A stretch of 64,000 nt of DNA. Source: an uncultured Chloroflexia bacterium. Lineage in GTDB: Bacteria > Chloroflexota > Limnocylindria > Limnocylindrales > CSP1-4. Positions 20,917 to 28,564 of the stretch are shown one piece after another. The notes beneath the pieces were generated by a model. It ran no database searches, was not told where the DNA came from, and saw nothing but the letters and a program-made list of their open reading frames with translations. Position numbers and translations under genes: made by a program. Positions within the stretch are counted from its first letter, which is position 1. Every line of letters begins with the position of its first letter. The DNA lies in assembly GCA_963748625.1 (NCBI GenBank), contig CAVVJT010000005.1:7482-71481 (forward strand), given 5' to 3'.

Positions 20917-21780
20917 TCATGCCGGCTCCGGCCAGGCAAGCTCGTCCGGGGCGAAGACCGGCCCCTCCCGGCAGACCCGCTGGGCGGCGCCATTCGAGCC
21001 CTGCACCGCGCAGCCCTGGCAGGTGCCGGCCGCGCACCCGATGACCTGGTCCAGCGCAACCTGCAGGTGGCTCTTGCGCCGGGCTTCGGCGGAACCCGGG
21101 GTGGGCGGCCGGCCCCCGCCACGCTTGCGGCCCAGCGTCGCCACGCCGAGGCGGCCGCGGCGCCCGACCGCCAGGTGCGCCAGGCGCCCGAGCAGCGCAG
21201 GCGGACCCGCCGCGAACGACTGGTCGGCCCAGCCCTCGTACTCCATCACCAGGTCCACCACGGAGCCCCGGTGGCCGAGCGACCCATCGTCGGTGGCGAC
21301 CACGTACTCCACCTCGTCGGGCAGGAGGCTCGAGGGGTAGACCTCGGACGCCGTCCGCGCGCCGTAGAGGAGGACCACCGAACGGATCTCGCGGATCGCC
21401 TCGTCGATGAGCATCCGCACCGCGGCGATGGACGGGCCCTGGGCGATCAGCAGGAGGTGCCGCGAACGGGGATCCACCTCGAACGGGCGGCCCAAGGGCC
21501 CCGCGATGTCGGCCCGGTCACCCGGCCTGAGGGTCCGCGCCCACGCGCCCGCTGCCTGCGATGCCGCGGGCACCTGGAGCGTCAGCGTCCCGGACGCCGC
21601 ATCGGCGGTTGCCAGCGGATACGGGCGGCGCAACGGGAGGCCGCCGGCCTCGACGGTCCGCACGTGGACGTACTGGCCGGCGCGCGCCCCGGACGCGATC
21701 GCCGGGGCATGCCAGGACTGCAGCCACTGGCCGGGCAGGATCTCGCGGGTCTCGAGGAGCTCCGCGCCGGTGAGCCGCAT
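20917..21780 (-). CDS. pyrK: Dihydroorotate dehydrogenase electron-transfer subunit
   Basis: 287 aa with an FAD/NAD-binding ferredoxin-reductase fold (RPYPLA..). The C-terminal Cys cluster is IGCAAGTCQGCAV...VCREGPVF. A basic insert of about 35 aa precedes the cluster. Confidence 0.82.
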   Translation of the reverse strand: MRLTGAELLETREILPGQWLQSWHAPAIASGARAGQYVHVRTVEAGGLPLRRPYPLATADAASGTLTLQVPAASQAAGAWARTLRPGDRADIAGPLGRPFEVDPRSRHLLLIAQGPSIAAVRMLIDEAIREIRSVVLLYGARTASEVYPSSLLPDEVEYVVATDDGSLGHRGSVVDLVMEYEGWADQSFAAGPPALLGRLAHLAVGRRGRLGVATLGRKRGGGRPPTPGSAEARRKSHLQVALDQVIGCAAGTCQGCAVQGSNGAAQRVCREGPVFAPDELAWPEPA

Positions 21781-21801
21781 GGATGGCGGGGGCGGGAACC
21801 G

Positions 21802-22734
21802 CTAGGAGCGGCTCTTCTCCTCGCCCTCGGTCTCCTCGCCCTCGGTCTCCTCGCCGTCCTCGTCCTCGCCGTCCTCGTCCTCGCCTTCCTCGCCCTCCTC
21901 CTCGAGATCGGGCGCGATGTTCGGGAAGGCCTCGGCCAGGGTGTCGGCGAGATCGCCGAAGATGTCCGTCGGGTCGTAGTAGGCGACGATGTCCTCGGGG
22001 CCTGTCAGCTGCTTCCACTCGCCGGATTCGTCGTCGGGGATGACCTCGGCGCGGAACGTGCCACCGGCCGTGTAGATCAGCCGCTCGTCGTCGTCGTCCA
22101 CGATGATGACGTCGCCCAGCTGGCCCGCCAGCCTGGACGCAGCCTCCTCGAAGGCGTCGATGATGCGGGCCTCGCTCGCCTGGCTGCGCTCCTGGAAATC
22201 GAGCGCGAGGTTGTACATCGCGAGCGCGGCGGACTCCTCGTCCGCGGCCTCCGCGACGGGCACCTGGGCCTTCGCCCACTCATCGGCAGCCGATGCGTAG
22301 CCCGCGTCCTCACCGAGCGTGAAGGTCTCCTCGGGCGGGATGCCGGCCGTCTCGAGCAGCTCGTCGGCGGCGGTGGGCTGCGGGGCCATGCCCGCCGCCT
22401 CGCGTGCGGCCTCGGCGAAGGCCTGGTAGACCTCGGCCGGGTTGAACAGCTCCACCAGCTCCGAGGCGGTCTCCACGATCTCCGTGTCGGACGTCCACTC
22501 GCCCGTGACCGGGTCCTCGAACCGCGAGCGCACGCGGAACGTGCAGTCCGGCGCGACGGAGAGATAGTCCGGCTCGTCCTCGATCAGCGTCAGGCCACCG
22601 AGGCGGCTGATCCGCTCACGGTTGCGGTCGATGAACCGCGCGAGCTGCTCCGTGGCCTGGACCAGCGCATCGCCTCGCTCGAGGGCGGCATCGTTGGCCA
22701 GCTCGCCGAGCATGTCATTCCGGCTCACGTCCAT
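21802..22734 (-). CDS. Highly acidic protein with internal duplication, unknown function
   Basis: 310 aa from ATG 22734. Two related segments follow the pattern ..GEW....T..E/DIV....P.E/D.....A..LAEA. The C-terminal tail is poly-E/G/D. The gene ends 21 nt upstream of pyrK. Confidence 0.65.
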   Translation of the reverse strand: MDVSRNDMLGELANDAALERGDALVQATEQLARFIDRNRERISRLGGLTLIEDEPDYLSVAPDCTFRVRSRFEDPVTGEWTSDTEIVETASELVELFNPAEVYQAFAEAAREAAGMAPQPTAADELLETAGIPPEETFTLGEDAGYASAADEWAKAQVPVAEAADEESAALAMYNLALDFQERSQASEARIIDAFEEAASRLAGQLGDVIIVDDDDERLIYTAGGTFRAEVIPDDESGEWKQLTGPEDIVAYYDPTDIFGDLADTLAEAFPNIAPDLEEEGEEGEDEDGEDEDGEETEGEETEGEEKSRS

Positions 22735-22745
22735 GCGTGCCTCCC

Positions 22746-23072
22746 TTACCCGTGGTACTCGAGATCCGGTCCGAGTCGTTCTCGGAGGAACATCGAGTGA
22801 TGGCGCTCGAACATCCACTCACCCGCCCGGTGGCCCAGGGCCCTAGTGGCCTCATCGGCCTCCAGCTTGTCCAGGGTCCCGTAGTCAGGCAGGTCGAACA
22901 TGATGACGTTGTCGAAGTCCCAGCCGTGGGCGACGTTGTACCAGCCCATGAACTTGATGCCGAACTTCTCCTCGTACTCCTTCACCTGGCGCGGGAACAG
23001 CGTCTTCATGAAGAACTTGAAGAACGGGTCCCGGCCGCGTCGGACGGAGAAGTAGGTGGCAAGAACGGGCAT
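22746..23072 (-). CDS. Small conserved-looking hypothetical protein
   Basis: 108 aa. Its K/F/Y/M/W-rich composition is atypical of GC-driven spurious ORFs (FMGWYNVAHGWDFDNVIMFDLPDYGTLDKLE). Confidence 0.65.
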   Translation of the reverse strand: MPVLATYFSVRRGRDPFFKFFMKTLFPRQVKEYEEKFGIKFMGWYNVAHGWDFDNVIMFDLPDYGTLDKLEADEATRALGHRAGEWMFERHHSMFLRERLGPDLEYHG

Positions 23073-23112
23073 GGGCGCGTTGGTCCTCCCGGGATCCGCT
23101 GGTCGTTCGGGC

Positions 23113-23541
23113 CTATTCTCGCACGCCGTCGGGCGCTGTCCCGCCCGAGTCCGCCGGGGGCTCGTCCGCGTCCGCCGGGGTGTCCCCGACCGGCGCCGCG
23201 TCCTCCGCTGCGGGCAGCGTGTCCTCGATCTCGCCTACCGTCGGCGTGGTGCCCGCCAGCGGCACGCGACGGCCCTCCCGGCGATCCGACGCGACCAGGC
23301 GCAGCAGGAAGATCACGGTCTGGCCGGAGAGCAGCAGCAGGATGATCACCACGAACAGCAGCACGATGCTGACCCAGCTGGGCAGGTTCCAGGCCACGGT
23401 GAGCGGCGTGAGCACGATGAACGTGGTCAGCAGGATCAGCTGCGCCCAGAAGCAGCCCAGGCCGGGGCCGCGATCGGCGTCGAGGGGCTCGCCCTTGTAG
23501 TCGACCGGGCGGACGGAGGGGGGTGTCTCGGGGTTCGTCAC
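23113..23541 (-). CDS. Membrane protein, two TM helices plus acidic tail
   Basis: About 142 aa from GTG 23541. The TM stretches are FWAQLILLTTFIVLTPLTV and WVSIVLLFVVIILLLLSG. Confidence 0.5.
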   Translation of the reverse strand: MTNPETPPSVRPVDYKGEPLDADRGPGLGCFWAQLILLTTFIVLTPLTVAWNLPSWVSIVLLFVVIILLLLSGQTVIFLLRLVASDRREGRRVPLAGTTPTVGEIEDTLPAAEDAAPVGDTPADADEPPADSGGTAPDGVRE

Positions 23542-23593
23542 GTGGCAAGGGTACCGTCGCCGGGCCGAAGCGGGCGGGCATGGGCTACCGCGC

Positions 23594-24790
23594 ATGGTCC
23601 ATGCTTGCGCCATCCAAGCCGGTGATCAGGGAGACCGCGTGGACGAGAGCTGGGTCTGCGGAAGCTGCAAGTCGATCAACCGTGCCCGCGAGCGCCGCTG
23701 CTACAAGTGTCACGGGGAGCGCGACGAGGCCCTCACGACCGGAGGAACGGAGCGCCGCACGATCGATGCCGTCGCCAACCGGACCGTCCGCGACTACCTG
23801 CCCACCTGGCCCCTCGCCGTCCTCGCGGGCGGGCTGCTGGTGGCGGTGGCCGTGCTGGGCGTGCTGATCCTGCTGCGGACGTCCGCGGACTTCCCGGCCA
23901 TGCGCGACGCCTTCGTGGTGGCCCTCGCAAGCGGGGGCGCCGGGCTGGACGTGAGTGCGTTCACCCAGTCCGCGGAGACCGCCTTCCTGGGCCTCCTGCG
24001 GGGCGGCCTCGTGCTGCTTGCGCTGGTCTCGTTCGCCGCCTGGCTAGCCATCGCGACCATGAACGTGCCCGCCCTGGGCGGCGGCGTCCCGTCGCGCAGC
24101 CCGCTGCGGGTCTTCGTCTACACCCTGATCCCGCTCTGGAACCTGATCAAGGTGCCGGGCATGGTCCAGGACGTCCTCTACCGGCTCGACTCCCGGGCCG
24201 GCGGGGCCTGGATGGTCATGGCGGCAACCATCGGCCTTGTCGGCAGCTGGTTCGTGTCGCTCATCGGGAGCTGGGTCATCGTCTTCGTGTTCGTGCGCGA
24301 CATGTTCGATGCGGCCACGCTGGAGCAGCAGGTCGCGGCCTTCGGTAGCACGCTGGACCAGAGCTTCTGGCTGTCCGTGGTGACCGAGCTGATGATCACG
24401 GTGGGCACGCTGCTGCTCGTGGTGCTGATGGTGCGGATCGAGCAGCGGGTTGCGGCGCGCAACCGCGAGGTCGGCGACGTGCTTGACACGCTCGCAGCCG
24501 GGCCGGGGTCGGGGGCACCGGTCGTGCCGGGGTCGGGGGCACCGGTCGTGCCGGGGTCGGGGGCACCGGTCGTGCCCGCCGCGCCTCCCGTGCCGACCGC
24601 GTCGCCAGCCGGGCCGACCGCGTCGCCCGCCGCGCCGTCCGTGCCGTCCGCACCGGCCGGCCCTGCCCAGGCGGCGCCGGCCACATTCCCCCACGGGTTC
24701 CAGGTGGTCGGCCGCTCCCCAAGCGCGACCGATAGTCCGCCGGCTGCCCCGCCGCCTCCCCCGCCCCCTCCCGGCGCGCCACCCGCCTGA
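23594..24790 (+). CDS. Zinc-ribbon plus DUF4328-like membrane protein with Pro-rich tail
   Basis: 398 aa. The N-terminal zinc ribbon reads WVCGSCKSINRARERRCYKCHG. A polytopic membrane domain follows, then a C-terminal P/A-rich tail that includes PGSGAPVV x3. Confidence 0.7.
   Translation: MVHACAIQAGDQGDRVDESWVCGSCKSINRARERRCYKCHGERDEALTTGGTERRTIDAVANRTVRDYLPTWPLAVLAGGLLVAVAVLGVLILLRTSADFPAMRDAFVVALASGGAGLDVSAFTQSAETAFLGLLRGGLVLLALVSFAAWLAIATMNVPALGGGVPSRSPLRVFVYTLIPLWNLIKVPGMVQDVLYRLDSRAGGAWMVMAATIGLVGSWFVSLIGSWVIVFVFVRDMFDAATLEQQVAAFGSTLDQSFWLSVVTELMITVGTLLLVVLMVRIEQRVAARNREVGDVLDTLAAGPGSGAPVVPGSGAPVVPGSGAPVVPAAPPVPTASPAGPTASPAAPSVPSAPAGPAQAAPATFPHGFQVVGRSPSATDSPPAAPPPPPPPPGAPPA
24503..24574 (+). 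repeat. Perfect 24-bp tandem repeat x3, in frame
   Basis: CCGGGGTCGGGGGCACCGGTCGTG occurs at 24503, 24527 and 24551. Confidence 0.9.
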
Positions 24791-24817
24791 AGCCCACCGC
24801 CCCACGCAAGGATCCGC

Positions 24818-25849
24818 ATGACCACCCTCTCCGAGATCGCCGAATCCCCCGCCGTCGCCGCCCGCCTGCTCGAGACTGCCTGGCCCGTCGTCGAGGCTGT
24901 CGCCCGGGACGTCCGTCGGCGAGACCTCCGGCTGGCGGTGATCGCGGCGCGCGGCACCTCGGATCACGCGGCGATCTATGCGCAGTACGTGCTGGGCGGC
25001 CGTAACGGGCTGCCGGTCGCCCTCGCGGCGCCCTCGCTCTCCTCGCTCTACGGCACGCCGCCCCGGCTCGACTCGGCGCTCGTCATCGGCATCTCGCAGT
25101 CAGGGCAGTCACCGGACATCGTCGCGGTCCTCGCCGACGCCCGCCGCCAGGGCGCGCTGACCCTCGCCATCACCAACGACCCCACGTCAGACCTTGCTGC
25201 AACCGCCGACCGCGTCGTGGACCTGGGCGCCGGGCCGGAGCTGGGCGTCGCGGCGACCAAGACCTACACGAGCTCGCTCCTGGCCATCGCGATGCTGTCG
25301 GCGGCCCTGGGCGATGATCCGGCCGCGCGCCGGGACCTCGACACCCTCCCCGGAGCCCTGCAGGCGGCCCTCGCGTCGGAAGGTCGGGTCGCGGCGTATG
25401 CGGCCCAGCGCGCCGACGACGACCAGTGCGCGGTCCTGGGCCGGGGCTTCCACTACGCCACGGCGCGCGAGTGGGCGCTCAAGGTCAAGGAGCTGGGCTA
25501 CGTCCTGGCAGACCCCTACTCCGCCGCAGACTTCCAGCACGGCCCGATCGCCCTCGTGCAACCGGGCTTCCCGGTCCTGGCGATCGCCACCACCGGCCCA
25601 GCCCTGCCCGAGATGCTCGCCCTGCTCGAGCGCCTTCGGGCGTCGGGCGCCCGCCTGCTCGTGGCGTCCGATGATCCCCGTGCGCTGGCCACGGGCGACG
25701 CCGTCCCGCTCGATCCCGCCGTTCCGGAATGGCTTGCCCCGATCCCGGCCATCGTCCCGGGCCAGCTCTACGCGGTCCACCTCGCGATCGCCCGCGGCCA
25801 CGACCCGGAGCACCCGCGCAACCTCTCGAAGGTGACGCTCACCCGCTGA
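24818..25849 (+). CDS. SIS-domain sugar-phosphate isomerase/deaminase (GlmS C-terminal / AgaS / FrlB-like)
   Basis: 343 aa with two SIS repeats. Motifs are VIAARGTSDHAAIYAQY, VIGISQSGQSPD and GRGFHYATAREWALKVKE. Confidence 0.8.
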   Translation: MTTLSEIAESPAVAARLLETAWPVVEAVARDVRRRDLRLAVIAARGTSDHAAIYAQYVLGGRNGLPVALAAPSLSSLYGTPPRLDSALVIGISQSGQSPDIVAVLADARRQGALTLAITNDPTSDLAATADRVVDLGAGPELGVAATKTYTSSLLAIAMLSAALGDDPAARRDLDTLPGALQAALASEGRVAAYAAQRADDDQCAVLGRGFHYATAREWALKVKELGYVLADPYSAADFQHGPIALVQPGFPVLAIATTGPALPEMLALLERLRASGARLLVASDDPRALATGDAVPLDPAVPEWLAPIPAIVPGQLYAVHLAIARGHDPEHPRNLSKVTLTR

Positions 25850-25877
25850 CGCGCGGCGCGGCCACTGCGGCCCTACC

Positions 25878-27503
25878 ATGACGCCGATGGACAGCCGACC
25901 CGACCCCCTCGACGACCTCGATCCCCTCGAGCCCTTCCGCTGGCACCCCGAGCCCGAGCTCATCGGCCTGCGTGACGCCGGAGTCTCCCGCGCCGCCCTG
26001 GAGCGCGCCGGCGAGGCCACGTGGCGCGCGAGCCTGGACTGGCTCTACGACGAGGCCATGGTCCGCGCGTTCGGCCTGCCCACCGGGTATGCGGAACTGC
26101 GCGAGCGCTACTTCGGCTCGACGGGCGGCCCCGGCCCGGCCCCGGCAACCCCCACGACCCTCCAGGCCGTCCTCGACGAGTTCACCGCGCGCATCGCGCC
26201 CCACACGCTCAACAGCTACCACCCGCGGGCGTTGTCCTACTTCACGCCCCCGCCACTGGTCGCCTCGATCGCGGGCGAGGTCCTCGCGCAGTGGACCAAC
26301 CAGGGCATCGACGTCTGGCATGCGGGCCCCGGCGGCGCGTTCGTGGAGGAGGAAGTCGTCCGCTGGCTGTGTGATCTCGCAGGCTACGGCGAGGGCTCCT
26401 TCGGCCTGTGCACGTCGGGCGGCGTCATGGCCAACTTCATCGCGATGGCGCTCGTGCGCGACGTGCATCTCAAGCGTCTCCGGGGTGGCGGCCGACCCCC
26501 GCGCGGCGCGGGCCTGGAGAGCGTGCGCGTCTACACCGGCGACCAGACGCACTTCTCGATCGCCCGTGCGCTCGACGAGCTGGGCTTCCCGCCCGACACG
26601 CTGCGCATCCTGCCCACGGATGGGCTGTACCGGCTGCACCCGGAGCCCGTCGCCGAGGCGATCGCCGCGGACCGGGCGGTCGGCCGGCTCCCCGTGGCGG
26701 TCTGCGCCGTCGCGGGTTCGACGAACACGGGCTCGGTCGATCTCGTGCCGGAGCTCGCGGCCCTGGCCTCCGCCGAAGGACTGTGGTTCCACGTGGACGC
26801 CGCGTACGGCGGGGCGGCGCGGCTCTCCAAGCGCGACGCGGCCCGCGTGCCGGGAGTGGAGCTCGCGGACTCGGTCACCGTCGATCCGCACAAGTGGTTC
26901 TTCCAGGCCTACGACCTGGGCGCGCTGCTGGTGAAGGACGGCGGCCACCTGCGCGAGACCTTCGACCGCTCGCCTGAGTACTACCGCGGCGGCGAGGGCG
27001 GCACCAGCGCTGCCGGGCAGGCCGCCCCCGATGTTGACGACGCCCACGACGAGCACGCTGGCCAGCTCAACTTCTACAAGCTCGGCTTCGAGGGCACCCG
27101 CCGCTTCCGCGCGCTCAAGCTGTGGGCCTCCTGGAAGCACCTGGGCACCGAGGGCCTCGGCCGCCTCGTGGAGATGAACGACGACATTGCGGCCTACCTC
27201 GCTGCGAGCGTCCGCGAGTCCGACGACTTCGAGGCCGTCCCGGCCGACCCCGAGCTGTCGGTGGTCTGCTTCCGGCACCTGCCGGGCGGCGCCGATGCAG
27301 CCCGCTCAATGGACCCGCACGCGCTCGATGCCCACCAGGACCGCCTCTGCGCCGCGCTCGAGGAATCGGGCGACGGCTGGCTCTCCACCACCACGCTCGA
27401 GGGCCGGGCCTTCCTGCGCGCAGGCTGCGTGAACTACCTCACCACCGAGGCCGACATCGACCGCCTCCTGGCCACCCTGCGGGGGCTTGCCGGCGCGCTC
27501 TGA
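25878..27503 (+). CDS. PLP-dependent group II amino-acid decarboxylase
   Basis: 541 aa. Motifs are GGVMANFIAM, HVDAAYGG and the lysine motif VTVDPHKWFFQAYD. Confidence 0.88.
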   Translation: MTPMDSRPDPLDDLDPLEPFRWHPEPELIGLRDAGVSRAALERAGEATWRASLDWLYDEAMVRAFGLPTGYAELRERYFGSTGGPGPAPATPTTLQAVLDEFTARIAPHTLNSYHPRALSYFTPPPLVASIAGEVLAQWTNQGIDVWHAGPGGAFVEEEVVRWLCDLAGYGEGSFGLCTSGGVMANFIAMALVRDVHLKRLRGGGRPPRGAGLESVRVYTGDQTHFSIARALDELGFPPDTLRILPTDGLYRLHPEPVAEAIAADRAVGRLPVAVCAVAGSTNTGSVDLVPELAALASAEGLWFHVDAAYGGAARLSKRDAARVPGVELADSVTVDPHKWFFQAYDLGALLVKDGGHLRETFDRSPEYYRGGEGGTSAAGQAAPDVDDAHDEHAGQLNFYKLGFEGTRRFRALKLWASWKHLGTEGLGRLVEMNDDIAAYLAASVRESDDFEAVPADPELSVVCFRHLPGGADAARSMDPHALDAHQDRLCAALEESGDGWLSTTTLEGRAFLRAGCVNYLTTEADIDRLLATLRGLAGAL

Positions 27504-27547
27504 CACGTCCGCGGACGCGAATCACGGCTGCCCCGTACGATGCGCAG

Positions 27548-28552
27548 GTGATCGTCGAGCCCGTCCCGCTCGGACCTCCGTCGGCGCCCCGGCGCCGTCT
27601 GCGTCTGATCGCGCTCATCGTGCCGCTCGCCCTGCTCGCGGGGGTGGTAGCCGCAGGGACGCTGGGCCCGCAGCCCGCACCCTCCCCCGTCCCGTCCGCC
27701 GTCGCTGTCGCCGTGGCATCACCCACGGCGACCGGCGCACCCGCGCCGTCCGCGCAGGCCCCGGCCGACCTCGAGCCTGGGTCGCTCCCGCCCGCGGTGC
27801 CTGCCCGGATCGCGGGCCTCGATGTCCTCAGCGTGGTCGACGCGCTCGCTCAGCGCGAGGCCGGCCAGCTTGGCGGGGTGACCGCGATCGCGGGCTACCT
27901 CGGCGTTCGCGAGCAGCCCGCCTGCGCCAGCACGTTCTGCGCCCGGACCGGCATCCTGGCCGCCCAGCCCTTCTCCGCATCGACGGGCTTCGCCGACATC
28001 GGAACCCACCTGCACCCGCAGCTCCCCGCGGGAGTCGTCCTGCCGCCGGCCGCCAACCTCGCGGACGTGGACCCGGAGCCCGATGGCCCCGAGGCGCCCG
28101 CGGCCATCATCGTCGCCCGCTTCGACGATCCCCGTGCCCGCGCCTGCCTGCCCGCCGGCCGCCACTGCGGCGAGGAGCTGGTGGTCGAGCGGGTGGTGTG
28201 GGTGGACGGCCAGTCGTACCCCTCCCTTCTTGCCGTGGATCCCGGCGTCACGGGGGCGCCGTCGGCAACTGGCCTGCGCACGGCGGGCCGGGCAGCCGAA
28301 CGAGCGCTGGGGACAGGCGCGACGCCGATGCTGACAGCGCTTCTCCGACCGGGCGCCATCACCTACATCGACCCGGTGATGGCGCCGATCGTCGCCGGCC
28401 TCGACCAGGATGCCGTGTGGTACGTGCGCGGTCTCCACCTCGAGCCGGGCGCCAATGCCATCGCCTGGGTCATCGCCGAGCGCGACGGCACCTTCCTGCT
28501 GCACGGGTCGGTGCCCGTGGCCGGCCCATCCGGCCGGCCGCTTCGTTCGTAG
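27548..28552 (+). CDS. Membrane-anchored extracytoplasmic protein, one copy of a four-Cys module (uncharacterised)
   Basis: About 334 aa from in-frame GTG 27548. It has an N-terminal TM (LIALIVPLALLAGVVAAG) and a Pro/Ala linker. The module pattern is GYL..C..C.RTGILA...HLH..LP.GV...RF....C....C.EELVVERVVW.DG....VWYVRGL. Confidence 0.65.
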   Translation: MIVEPVPLGPPSAPRRRLRLIALIVPLALLAGVVAAGTLGPQPAPSPVPSAVAVAVASPTATGAPAPSAQAPADLEPGSLPPAVPARIAGLDVLSVVDALAQREAGQLGGVTAIAGYLGVREQPACASTFCARTGILAAQPFSASTGFADIGTHLHPQLPAGVVLPPAANLADVDPEPDGPEAPAAIIVARFDDPRARACLPAGRHCGEELVVERVVWVDGQSYPSLLAVDPGVTGAPSATGLRTAGRAAERALGTGATPMLTALLRPGAITYIDPVMAPIVAGLDQDAVWYVRGLHLEPGANAIAWVIAERDGTFLLHGSVPVAGPSGRPLRS

Positions 28553-28564
28553 AGACGGGCAACG

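Noticed and set aside
20659-22800. 713-aa plus-strand ORF, one of many very long ORFs antisense to recognisable genes. Others are 25839-27278, 28363-29676, 28940-30148, 39029-41200, 41224-43260, 44900-46798, 47569-50787, 58495-60459, 6661-8049 and 7812-9347.
   Set aside because: Their translations are Arg/Gly/Pro/Ala-rich with no recognisable motifs. Each lies opposite a gene with clear family signatures. In DNA of about 70% GC, stop codons are rare on the antisense strand, so such ORFs are expected by chance.
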